The notes under the pieces: model-generated
Database searches by the model: none
Told to the model about the DNA's origin: nothing
Seen by the model: only the letters and a program-made list of their open reading frames with translations
Shown here: positions 42,621 to 54,815 of the stretch, piece by piece
Numbering within the stretch: the stretch's first letter is position 1
Layout of the letters: every line of letters begins with the position of its first letter
Translations under genes and position numbers: made by a program
Assembly: GCA_012295275.1 (NCBI GenBank)
Contig: CM022666.1
Coordinates: 11,904,001-11,968,000, forward strand
Reading direction: 5' to 3'
Length of the DNA stretch: 64,000 nucleotides
Origin: Chrysomallon squamiferum
Taxonomy: Eukaryota; Animalia; Mollusca

Positions 42621-43304
42621 ATAAAACAAATAAAACATAATAATAATCAGTAATAAATAAAAATCAGTACCTGTTACAAAATCAAGTTAGTGAAAAGCAT
42701 TATTCAGTAAACAAAAATTAAAAATTCAGAAACGATAACAATATAATTTGATGAAACAATTAACACGTTTTATATGTACAAACATATACAAATCAACGGA
42801 ACAAAAGTGGCTGCGGAAATAAAATTAAACAGTTATTACTGACAGTTCACATTTAATAGAAAAAATACTCCACATCCTGTACATTTTAAACTGTCTATCA
42901 AGTTTCCTCTCTGACATGAATCACATATAATAACTAATAGTTATGATATTCTAAAGAATATTTATTCATTCATTCGTTCAGTAAAGATGGTAAATACACA
43001 TTTAATCTTTTTCCTGTTACGCTCAATACGAGTCGTTTTATGTGCCAGAGTAAAACGCCTAATAAAATAAACAGAATTACTGAGAAAATACTGAGATAAC
43101 TGTAACGAGTAAAACTGAGTTGTAACAGTTAAATAGGAGTGACAGCTAAATTCATCATGACACAACTTGTTATTATTCCACAACTGTAATATTAATTCTG
43201 AACACTGTGACTCGTCATTTAATTGTTATTTTTATATTTTATACAAGTTACCACTTTATTTGGCAAAAATGAAGAAAGAAATTTAAAAAAATAATTATAT
43301 CTAT

Positions 43305-44891
43305 TTATGTTTTCTCATCTACGTATGTATATGAAACATCCATGGCGACTCTTTCTTCACTAGAATTGGCGTTTTTGTCGACAGTGAACATTGTGTGGTT
43401 TTTGTATGACCGGTATCGGTACTGTCTGCGACAGAAACTTAGCCAACGGTTCCGGAATTTTACCAGAATTAACGTCGTGATCAACAGTACACTCGTCACC
43501 ACTGCTGCTATCGCCGCCGTCTTCACGCGTTTGTTTGCGTCGATGCTGCCTAACTTTGTCTTGTCACAGTTGAACGCTGAAGACGGAAGTGACAAAATAC
43601 GCCGACCTTTCAACTTCTGCGGCGCCGCACACGTAAGATTATGTGACATGCGTCTAGTTTTTATGTTCCCTGCTTTTGGTAACCAATGCAACATCCAGAC
43701 AGCGCGACAGTCGCAGACTATTGCATTGTGGGAAAGATCAACTATGACGTCACTATCCCAAGCCACCATACCTTTATGGAAAACTTTGATGGCGTTAAAA
43801 CTGAAGTCGGCAATGTGAAGATTTCCTTGGAAAGATGGCATTGCCTCACTTCCCAGTGTTTCTAGCAATGGATTCCTACTTACAATCAACTCTTTTAATT
43901 TAAACAGCCACGTGAAAGTATGGTTCTCAATTTCTGTCAAGTTGTCCAAACCAACTATGGTTAGTTTACGCAAATTAATTAACTTGCTGAAAGATCCGTT
44001 TTGAAGCGTTTTGATTTTGCTTTGACTGAAGTCCAGTATTTCCAGATGGTGCAGTTGTTCAAATGCTTTTGTAGGAAAATCTGTCAAATTTGTTCCTTTT
44101 AGGTAAAGCTGTTCCACGGGGCTGACTGTGTGGGAATCGAGTGCAAACGACAAAGGATGCAGTTTTGACAGTCTGTTACCACTGAGACGTAAGATCTTCA
44201 AGGATGGCAGTCCCATGAAAACAAACCTAGGCAGCTCTTCAATTTGATTGTCATCCAGGACAAGAATTTCCAGAGAATGTAAATTTGAGAAAGTGAACGA
44301 ATCTAGACGTTTTAACCTGTTGCTTGTTAAGTTAAGAACAACAAGAGATTTGAGCCCTTTGAACGAGTCCTTGTCTATTATAGAAATGTTGTTTTTGGTG
44401 AAATCGAGTTTACGTAACTTCATCAAATCAAGGAATGCGTTTTTGTGCAAGGCGGTCAAACCGTTATATCCCAGGTCGAGATTCTGTAGATTTTCCAGCC
44501 CATGAAACATCTTTCTGTTGAGACGGGTGATGAAGTTTCGTCGAAGTATCAGCGTGGAAAGGAGGGAAAGGTTCGAAAACGCACCCACCTCAATGACGCT
44601 GATGTTGTTGCTGGAAAGGTTGAGCACGCGCAAGGCTGGGTACAGCTGCAGTTCCCCACCCACCCGAGTCAGTCCGCGCTGGCCGGAAATAATCATATCA
44701 GTTATAGCACCGGGCTTTGCAAACGTCAGAGGAAGTGACGTCAGCTTTCCACCGCGACATGAAACAAGCGTGTCCTTGCACGTACAGCTGAACGGACACT
44801 GCGCAGCTTGGTCTGCTGTGTGTGACTGAATTGACGTCAACAGTAACAACAGGGTCGGCAGAAATGGTTGCCGTTTTGAAAGCCAAATCAT
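43305..44891 (-). CDS. Single-coding-exon leucine-rich-repeat type I transmembrane protein (tartan/capricious/LRRN-like), 528 aa
   Basis: The true start is probably ATG at 44891 (MIWLSKRQPFLPTLLLLLTSIQS signal peptide), just downstream of an acceptor at 44922. It has LRRNT CPFSCTCKDTLVSC, ~13 LxxLxLxxN repeats, LRRCT NAIVCDCRAVWM..LTCAAPQKLKG, TM TAAIAAVVTSVLLITTLILV and a ~50-aa tail without TIR. Confidence 0.93.
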   Translation of the reverse strand: MIWLSKRQPFLPTLLLLLTSIQSHTADQAAQCPFSCTCKDTLVSCRGGKLTSLPLTFAKPGAITDMIISGQRGLTRVGGELQLYPALRVLNLSSNNISVIEVGAFSNLSLLSTLILRRNFITRLNRKMFHGLENLQNLDLGYNGLTALHKNAFLDLMKLRKLDFTKNNISIIDKDSFKGLKSLVVLNLTSNRLKRLDSFTFSNLHSLEILVLDDNQIEELPRFVFMGLPSLKILRLSGNRLSKLHPLSFALDSHTVSPVEQLYLKGTNLTDFPTKAFEQLHHLEILDFSQSKIKTLQNGSFSKLINLRKLTIVGLDNLTEIENHTFTWLFKLKELIVSRNPLLETLGSEAMPSFQGNLHIADFSFNAIKVFHKGMVAWDSDVIVDLSHNAIVCDCRAVWMLHWLPKAGNIKTRRMSHNLTCAAPQKLKGRRILSLPSSAFNCDKTKLGSIDANKRVKTAAIAAVVTSVLLITTLILVKFRNRWLSFCRRQYRYRSYKNHTMFTVDKNANSSEERVAMDVSYTYVDEKT

Positions 44892-45259
44892 TATGAAGAC
44901 ATTGGTCGAAAAAATGTTGTGCTGAAAAAAAGAAAAGAAAAATAAAGACTGTATATAATTTAAATCAACAAACAAACAAAAAAAGAAAACATTTTACATA
45001 ATTTGTGTGTTTTTTTAAATATTTAAACGGTTTCAGTGTTACTGAAACATACTTGTTTACAAGTTGAAAAAACTCAGCGAGTATAAGACACTTGCCATGT
45101 TGATAAATAGTCCCTTTTCTTTATGTTGATAAACAACTTTTTTTCTTCTTCTTCATTTGAAAAAACGCGTTTTACACCGCCTCATTTAAAATAACAGCGT
45201 GAACTGTTTCTTCCTATTCCCTTTGTTTCGGTTATATTATGATGATGATGATGATGATG

Positions 45260-45307
<48 letters not shown>

Positions 45308-47072
45308 TGTATTATTATTTGTAGTAGTAAAATGCGCAGTGTAGCTATTTTAAAGATAAAGTATTATCTGTTTCTCTCTCTTTATTTTTCTTTTGTGTGT
45401 GTGTGTGTGTGACAGAGTTTGAAAAAACATACTGACGAGCAAATATAATTAAATACTTTCTCACCTCCAACATTTGCTGTATTAAAAATACGTTTGATTT
45501 CTTAAACTCCATTTTTATTGAGTTTTATCTCACACATTTGTATGAAAGAAATTGCTTCAAAACAATCGAATTCGACAGTGAGGAAACAACAAGAAAAAAA
45601 CGGTTTCATTCTTTTCATTTTCATGCGCGTGAACCTATATACACTCTTATTATAAGAACCACTGTTATTAGACAATGTTAACAATCAGTACAGTTTGAAT
45701 GTCACAAGCAGCAAACAATACAAGACAAGAAACACTAGCTGAAGCAGATTAGCAGATTAATGAAGTATGGAATTTGTCGCGTTTTCAAAACTGTAACCAA
45801 TGCTAAAAATTAAATCCACTAAAACATATTTATTACTACTATTACTACTACTTACTGTACTATTACTTCTAACACTATTAGTACTAATGTCACAACTACT
45901 ATCGCTGTTTCATAATATACTGCTTCGTTATAACTACTATTCCCACAGCTACTATTAATGTTGTTACTACTACTACTACTGCTATTATTACTGCTTACAA
46001 GTGCCACCGTCATTGCTATAATCGGTAAAAGCACAATGTTATTTACGAATCAGCTACATATTATATTACACGAAAACAAAATCTTGCAAATTGTCGCTAA
46101 ATATCTTCCTTTGCGATAATGTCTTTACTGAAACAGTAATTCTTTCGTACACGGTTAACCCAAGGAATGCATGTGTCAAGAAACTGAGATTACGTATCTA
46201 ACGTGACAACAACATAACAATAGCCGTTTGTTTTGTCAGCTGGAGATACGTGGCCGTTTAAAAAACACTGACACAGAGATCCGTTTATTAGCTGTACTCG
46301 CACAATGACTGAATTCAGTTTGAAATTAACGCAGAGTAAAATCAAGTCAACCGTTCTGAGAAACCTGATTTTACCCACATGTGCATACCGTGATAACTTA
46401 CAAATCAGAACAGAAATCTCATATTCAGTTTTAATATGATTTTTTAAAATTAATTTATTTAATAGGAAATGTACTCTTACATCGAAAGTTTTTTTCTTGA
46501 ATTTGTTTTCATTCTTGCATTATTATTATTATTATTATTATTTATTACAAATAAACATAAACATTAATAACATTAACTTTTAAGATTTCCTCTCTTTTTG
46601 TTTCAAATAAATAAAAGTTTAAGTTAAACTAAAAATAATGCCACCCTATTACCACACCCTGTCCCAGCCTCGTAGGACCGCTGCCGCAGAATATCACCTT
46701 TATTTAACTGTTTCAAGGGACACTACAGTTAACTTTATTTCATAGCTACATATGCGCATCTGTCGCGTATTCGTTTTCATATTAGCATTTATTTTTTCTT
46801 CATTTTTTAAATTTTTTATTTATTTATCCCCCACCCAACAATCTGACGAACGTATTTTCTGGACCATCGTTAAATGTCGCCAATGCGTACACAACGAAAA
46901 TAGGTCGTCGTCTTTTAATTAACGCACTGTTTGTGTGCATTCTCGCGTACTGAGACTGTGACTGAGATCGTAAACATGTGCTTTCTCTTTAAACACTGAG
47001 CTTTAACATTACAGCTGAAATGCGCAAAAGTGAGAAATAAAAATCAATTTACGATTTATAAATATAACTCAC

Positions 47073-47220
47073 CTACTTCCGTGCAAACGAAAACACCTGT
47101 GTTTATGCTCCGCCCTCTGGCGACAAGAATGTAGAAATGTTTGAGTTTTGTCCCTGACCCGTTACAGATAATTCCTTTTTCATGATCTCCCAGGCGTCGT
47201 GGTAGTGTAATAAGGAAACT
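47073..47220 (-). promoter_or_regulatory. Probable non-coding first exon/promoter of the LRR gene, with a CTCF-like motif
   Basis: A minus-strand donor TAG|GTGAGT lies at 47072. The motif cgccagagggcgg (minus strand, ~47110-47122) resembles the CTCF core, and CpG is locally enriched. Confidence 0.4.
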
Positions 47221-47283
47221 TGCATTTAGCAACTGAACGAAGAAAATGTCTTTTTGATTGCTGCTTAAATTATTATAAATTAA

Positions 47284-47334
<51 letters not shown>

Positions 47335-47626
47335 TTCTCTGTTGCTGGTTTTTATAAACTGGTTTCGAGAAAACGTTTGTAAAAGAAATGTAGTATTTTT
47401 CTGAAATAAGTTAGCTCGAGCATTCTAACACTGGACTTATACATCAAAATTTCAGGTTTAAATTTATACACGCGCACGCGCACACACACATGAATATTCA
47501 GTATGTGAAATCACTGATTTGTTCGAGCAAAGAATAAATTGACTAACATTTTCAATCATTTTATGTGACTAAAACTGACCGTTCTTTCTTTCTTTTTCTC
47601 TCACTCAAAGAAATTTTAAATTATTT

Positions 47627-47692
<66 letters not shown>

Positions 47693-47825
47693 TGTGTGTG
47701 TGTGTGTGTGTCAAGGAAATTAAAACAAGATAGAAAGATGCTGAAAATCTCATTCATGGAAAACATTCGTCCATTTACGTCTGACATTTATTTATTTTGT
47801 TATTATTATTTATTTATTTATTAAT

Positions 47826-47856
<31 letters not shown>

Positions 47857-47865
47857 TTTTTTATT

Positions 47866-47897
<32 letters not shown>

Positions 47898-49039
47898 CGT
47901 CTTCTAGCTGATTTCATCTCGTTTTATAAGAAGACGATATTTTAGTTAAGACTAACTTCCTTCTAATTTATGTATTCGTCTTTGGTAATATTAACGTGTC
48001 GATCACATAATGGTTTTGGAATGACGTTTCTGTTTATATTAATAATATGCTAAACTATTTCTCATGCTGCTTTGAATAATACTTGGACAGCCTAGCATAG
48101 TTAGAGCAAATGTTCTCGTTTGTCCAGAATCTGAGACTTTTCACATCTGACGACAAATGAACGTTCTTTTGATATTTTTTCTCTCTTTATGTAAAATGTT
48201 GAAACAAAACCTAGTTTAAAAAAAAAAAAAAAAAAAAAAACAAGCAAGCAAACCAAAAAAACTAAAACACAGTTTAAAACAGTTTAAAACAACAAAAACA
48301 AAAAATCCAACTAAAAGCACATTTATAAATAATTTCTTTAATAAAAATGTATTCACAATTTTTCAGTAATAGTTATGTATAAATATTCATGCAAAATATA
48401 AATACTATTATTTATAAGAAACACAGAATACAAAATGGTTACAAATAAGTAATTAATTTAAACAAAAATTCCTAATAATACAAACACTAACGTTAAGGCC
48501 GAACATACACGATTTCAAATCTGCAAAAAAGTTAGTCGTTTCAAAAATATGAATTTCAGCCCAATTTTTTTTTCTTTTATTATTATTATTTTTTCTTTCT
48601 TTCTTTCTTTTTATTTTTTTTTTTATTATTAATTATTTTATTTTATTTTTTTTTTTTTTATTTTTTTGTTGTTGTTGGAATAAATGAACTTAGAAACACT
48701 TTGTACAAACTAAACTAGACATACATGCAAAACAAAAGGGCAATTTAAAACATACATCACAAGATTATGCTAAGTTCAATGTATGTAAAATTTTTGTTTT
48801 TCGTTTTTTTTCCCGCCAATATACTAGTGTAACATTGATATAATCTTACTCAGTTATGTTATCAGACCTACAATAACTCTGTGTAAGGGAAAAATAATTA
48901 CAATATAATCGAAAATAAAGTATGTGAGAAGTACGACAGGGCTATCCGAAAACGGAATTTACCTAAGTTGTGACAGGTAACACGTTACAGAAGTAAGATG
49001 GTCAACATAACTACGCTGTTCACCTGTGCACATTATTCT

Positions 49040-49430
49040 AAACTGCTGTGAAAGGTAAAAAGAGCCTCTGCGCATTGCTACCCTTCCTCCGCTATCGACT
49101 ACAGCACATTAATAGGAATGTTGCGAACAGCACAGAGTCCTATGCGCAATGACCATGTAGCAGACCTATATTCGACAAACGTACGATTCTGAGAACCATG
49201 TGGGTCTCTGCGCTAATGACATATACCAGCGCTATCGTCAGTAGCTCCTTACTGAAGAATTCTGAGGAAAGCACGATGGAAACAGAACTACGCTAAACAC
49301 ACTATTCAGTCCTGTTGTGAAAAGAAAAGGCGTCTTTAGCAGTGGCCTGTTCCTCCGCTTTGACCAGGCTGAGGAATTCTGAGAACAGCACGAAGATCTT
49401 CTGCGCAAAGTCCATGTACTAACACAGTCA
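49040..49430. repeat. Degenerate ~70-bp tandem repeat (4-5 units) carrying TTCTGAGAA and TGCGCA motifs
   Basis: Recurrent gaattctgagaacagcacg...ctgcgcaatgaccatgta-like units at ~49115, 49185, 49257 and 49374. There is higher-order similarity between ~49045 and ~49313. Confidence 0.6.
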
Positions 49431-49739
49431 TTGATAAACCATCAATTTCAAACAAGCAGGATGAGACGTTACTCTAGGTTGAAGAAAGTACCGAATCGTT
49501 AAAATAACCTCAGTAAAACATGCTTTAAGAATGACGATAGTTTCCACTGCATGTAACCGACCTGCCACAGAAAGGTCATTATGCAAGGATGTCATTCAGT
49601 GAGAACTTCGGTGGTCACACGTGATAGAGAATCAAGCAACGAAACTGAACAGAACACGAACATCAGAACATAAATACGCTATAATGGAAACGATGGGACG
49701 TTCGTGAAGCATATTATAAGAAATTATTTACGTTTGTTA

Positions 49740-49968
49740 AATAAACACACATACATATACAATAACAAGCGCTCAGGTATGTATTAAGATAACTAATACA
49801 TTTCAAATTAACTTTGAAAAAGTAAATAAATAAGTAAAAGAGTTAATAATAAAAAATAAACACACATACATATACAATAACAAGCGCTCAGGTATGTATT
49901 AAACTAACTAATACGTTTCAAATTAACTTTGAAAAAGTAAATAAATAAGTAAAAGAGTTAATAATAAA
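49740..49968. repeat. ~115-bp tandem duplication
   Basis: aataaacacacatacatatacaataacaagcgctcaggtatgtattaa...gagttaataataaa occurs twice. Confidence 0.88.
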
Positions 49969-50368
49969 TGAAGTTATGACTAACACAAGTTTAGGTTTGC
50001 AGTAGAATCAAATGTTTTCAAATCAATACAAGCAACAAGAACTGTTGACTTTTCCATCAAGAATATTTTGATTACAGAGCAGAAGCAAAAGAAGTTTAAA
50101 TAGTTACATTGATTTCAGCCACAGCTGTCATTTTTAAAAAAGTATATTTATTTATTTACTCTTTTTTTCTGTGTGTGTGTGTTGTTTCACTTTATTTTAC
50201 TTTACTGTATTTACTTATTTATTAATCTACTTATTTTGTTAAAAATAAAGCATACGCCTGCTGGAGAAGTCACTTAAATAATTCACTTTAAGAACATTCA
50301 TCTAAAATTCATTCACACAAACACCCGGACTTTAATTACTGAAATTTATTTATTTATTTATTTATTTC

Positions 50369-50401
<33 letters not shown>

Positions 50402-51627
50402 CTTCCCAATAAACTAATTTCACGCATTGTTAGTAAATGTGTACATGTTTTTGAACTACAAGTAAGTTGGAGTTAGATGCAGATAAATGAATAAAGTACT
50501 AACAACTGATCTGCTTACTTTTTCTTAATTATTAGTTTTTTTTTTTATTGAAGTTAATAAAAATGTACTTATTTCTTTTTTTTACTTCATTTCCTTAACT
50601 TCCCATAGACAGGAAAATATCACATCAGCTTGGGGACAAGTTTTGAGAAAGCAGGATTCATGCTGTGGTTTGCCGAATCTGAACCAGCACACTGAAGGAG
50701 ACAGGAAAACTAATTTATGAAGGATTAAGGCGACTAATAACGTTTCTCCATTTAACTTCTGACAAAAATAAGTAAAACATAAAACAACAACAATAACAAC
50801 ATTTATAATACTGAAAGATAAAAGTTAATAAACGAGTGTTTGTAAAATTAAATACATAAATTAAAATGATATTATTACTATTTCTGATAAATAAGTTAAA
50901 CCTTTTCCTTCAGTTTCAAGTTATTAGAAAAACATATGTGTCTTTTTATCTAACTATTATTATTATTTTACTAATATTATAAATAGTACTATCTGCTGTT
51001 ACTAGAAACAACGATAAATTAATGCATATGAAAATATTTGTTTACTGAAAAAGAGAAAAAAAAAAGAACAAATAACTTACTAAGAATATGAACATACCTA
51101 GGAATCACCTCCTCCTTTGGAAAATATTTCCATTTTCTCAGAACCTGCGACTGAGCTGAAGAAAAAATAATAAAAGAATTTGTTATTTAGAAATGTAATT
51201 CTGTTTACAGTTACATATTTCGAACAAAAAGATAACTGGTTAGTTTTAAATGAAAATATTTCTTTTTACGTCGAATATGCAATTTTATATATAAAGGTAG
51301 ATAACTCTCGAAACCAAAGCATCAATTTATCGGGTAAGTAATGGTAGTATTGCTGTAATTATTCCGAATTTCGTTGGTAACCTTATTTCAGAGTTGTAAT
51401 TACATTCAGTTTCTGAAGTTGGAGGATAATTCATAAACAGTGATGAGCGAGGATTCTGACATACTGCTGATTTGGAGTGGATAGTACTTACCTGTTCACG
51501 GCATTCACATTCAGTAAATGATTTTATGTCGGGGAAGTGTACATTTACTGAATCACCTAACTTCTGACCTCAGTCAGGAAGAATTACCTGGTCGTAGCTG
51601 ATAGATGTAAGGTGCCCTAGGACCTCC

Positions 51628-51660
<33 letters not shown>

Positions 51661-51907
51661 CTGTTGAACTTATAAACTTTAAATTTTATGGACCAAACAA
51701 AAAATATCGGTTCAATATACGCAGAGTGGTTCAACATGGAGAATTCTGAGTATCCTTTGTAAATTCCATTTTCGCCTAACTGAGACTGCTGCATCATAGA
51801 ATTATTTACGGTTCTGTGGAAGCATCGACCATCCGGGATTGTTGGTAGTAGATTCAAAGAGGTAAGAGGAAAATTAGTGTTGCTAGTGACGGGTCTTTGT
51901 GCTCTTC

Positions 51908-52000
51908 TCTCTGGGACCACGACTCACACTCTCTGGGACCACGACTCATTCTCTCTGGGACCACGAATCATGATCTCTGGGACCACGACTCATGCTCTCT
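51908..52000. repeat. 22-bp tandem repeat, 4 copies
   Basis: ctctgggaccacgactcacact and variants. Confidence 0.85.
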
Positions 52001-53000
52001 GTTTTCATTAACGGATTCGGGCGAAGCTCAGTGCTGTTCAGGTTCGAGTTGACTGTCAGATGAGGTAGTGCTGTTGCTGTCGCCACGATTACGACGTTTG
52101 TGACGAGTAGTTCTGTCGTTTAGACACTGTATTTGAATATTTTGCACTTCAATTCTGAATGCATAATCAGCATCAGACCACATATTTCGACCTGTGGTTC
52201 AACATAGGGCTCTAGACATAGAAATACCCAGCATGTAATTTTTCGGTCGCGGCAAGAAATTCAATTTTTTCGAGCCTCATATGCAAAGGCTATGTCCTAA
52301 CCTCCAAATGCGTAATATCCTTCATATGCACCTATATAACCACCAGCACACACCTGTAAAATTAGCAAAAAATTATATTTACATGGGCGAAATTTGATTT
52401 TCCCTCATCAAACTATCAAAGGTTGAGAAATGCCCAAAGGTTCAGAAATGCCCAAAGGTTCAGTCGTTCAATATACGTACGTTCCCAAATACGTAAATTT
52501 AGTCCCACAGTAGCAATGATAGAAACTCGGCAGATTTAACAAAAACAAAGCTTACGAGTTGCGTTGTTTTAATTCTTCCTCACCCAGTTTCTTTTCCTTC
52601 TTAACTGTCTTGCCTGAGCCGATGTTTTCAAAATTTTTGCTCAACGTCAGGCTATGAACGACGACGTTTGTTATTGATCTAGAAACCCCAAGGGTAATAA
52701 GAATAACATGAGGCAGGGTTGTTTATTTCGGTCTTTATTTTATTTATTTATTTATTTATTTCATGTTTTAATCAGGGGTCGAAGACCAAGCCATTCTTGA
52801 AAGTACACCAACTTTCGGACAGAATTTTTTCTTTTTTTTTATTATTTTTTTTTTTTGGGGTGGGTGTGGTTGGACTCTGGCTTCCCGCTACAGTTTCGCG
52901 ATACCAGTGAAAGAAATACTAATAAACAATTTTAGTCTTTCTGTACACGCGTCCGACGTGTAATTTATTATATTAGTGATTAAGTTTTACGATTTGAAAA

Positions 53001-53031
<31 letters not shown>

Positions 53032-53110
53032 TACTCTTTATATTACGTTTGAGTCATGAAGTAATAATAACTGTAAGAACTTTAAATTTATATTTATTAC
53101 TTTTATGTCA

Positions 53111-53141
<31 letters not shown>

Positions 53142-54815
53142 TATTATTTTGATTATATTTTAACACATTCACACGCACCTCCCACCCATCCACACACACA
53201 CACACACACATCATTTTCTCAAAACATTTGAAACAGGTTGACATCTACACCTTTCAAACAAATATTCATAATTAACTGAATTAAGAAAAAACATCATACA
53301 TAAAACATCATGATTTTTTGTAACTAACATTTAATGCCAAATGATTCTATCGTTTAAAACAAAATGGTTGTTTGCGTTTCGTCTGCTAAAGGGGCTTGCT
53401 CTGGTTTCTGAATTAGATTCCTGCTGATTTGGAAACATACCATAAATTTTATTAAATTATTACCAATTACGAATATTTTTTATTGTATTTTTTTTAAATC
53501 TCAGAATATTTCCTCATCACCACCATCATCATCGTCATATTCATCTTCTTAATATTCTTCTTCTTCTTACTGTTAGTATTATAGTTTCAAATTTAAAAAC
53601 ATAATTTCTAAATTCTGAATTTCATCCATAAACAATAGACATGAGAGCGAGAAGACGGATATTAAGTAAATGTTCGGCGGACAACAATACCTTTGCACAA
53701 GAAGAAGAAAAAAAGCTTACCAGCTATCTCCTGTTAATTCTGGTTTATAAATTTTATTTTCTTCTTAACAGTCTCGCCAAAGCAGATTTTTTCTGGAATT
53801 TTCAATATTTATCAGCATTATTTGCTGAACCTCAGACGTCTATTAGCACGGAAACAGAACATCAAGGGAGATAACTCTAATTTGAGGTCAAAGTGCTTTC
53901 CCACCTCCCTCGGTTATATTTTATTTCAGTATTTCAAAATGTTGCAGTTTTATTGTCGAAACTGATGAGATTAAATTAATGTGAAATATATATAATTATA
54001 AATATTTCATACAGTTTTTTTTTTCTTTTATGTTGAAAATTTCTCGTAAGAATTGGATTCATGCCAAACATCACAGTGCGATGGATTGTGTGTGTGCACC
54101 ACGTATAAGCTCCCCTTACCAGTTAATTTTTATTATTATTATTATTTATTATTTTTTAAACAGCTTTAATACATTATGTATAATTTCGAGTCAAATTTTG
54201 CTTTTTTAAATGAAACAGGTTTCAACATTCAAAATTTAAAAAAGAACAATGAAAAGCCCCTCAAGTTTATAAAGTAAATATATGGTTTCAAACTTTTAAT
54301 AATATCCTATCAACATTCACACAAACAAATGTTATTTTTTATTTTACCTTTTCCTTTCTTTCTTTCTTTTTTTTTTTTTTTTTTTTTTTTTGATAATTTT
54401 TGTGATAAGATAATGCATCAGTCATTAATAAACTGCAGATAAGAAAGTAAATTAAAAAAAAATCGTTTTTTAATTTATATAAATTTATTTAACACTCAGC
54501 ACTAATTATAAATATATATAATTTATAAAAGAATTAACTACAAATTAGAACAACATTCACTATTCTTAACAGAAACAAAAACAAAAAGGAAAACTAAATT
54601 AATGAAAAAACAAACAACTATTACACACACAAAACAGCTACAATAAACAATAACAATCTAACAAAAACAGAATACACTAAACACCCAGTCTGCATATAAC
54701 AGAATACAGGTAATTTAGGTTTTTTTATGAGTGTCACTGCAATTTAAGACATAATTTATTACAAAATGCTGTTCTAAAAACATGTATAACTATTGTTAAA
54801 TAAAAATCTTCATGT

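Noticed and set aside
43342-44829. Plus-strand ORFs overlapping the LRR gene
   Set aside because: Antisense shadows of the real CDS with no recognisable motifs.
44892-44975. N-terminal 28 aa of the 556-aa LRR ORF
   Set aside because: Non-ATG start that runs through a polypyrimidine tract and acceptor. The signal peptide begins at ATG 44891.
51484-51500. tacttacctg resembling the U1 snRNA 5' end
   Set aside because: The downstream sequence does not follow U1. It is the reverse complement of a splice donor.
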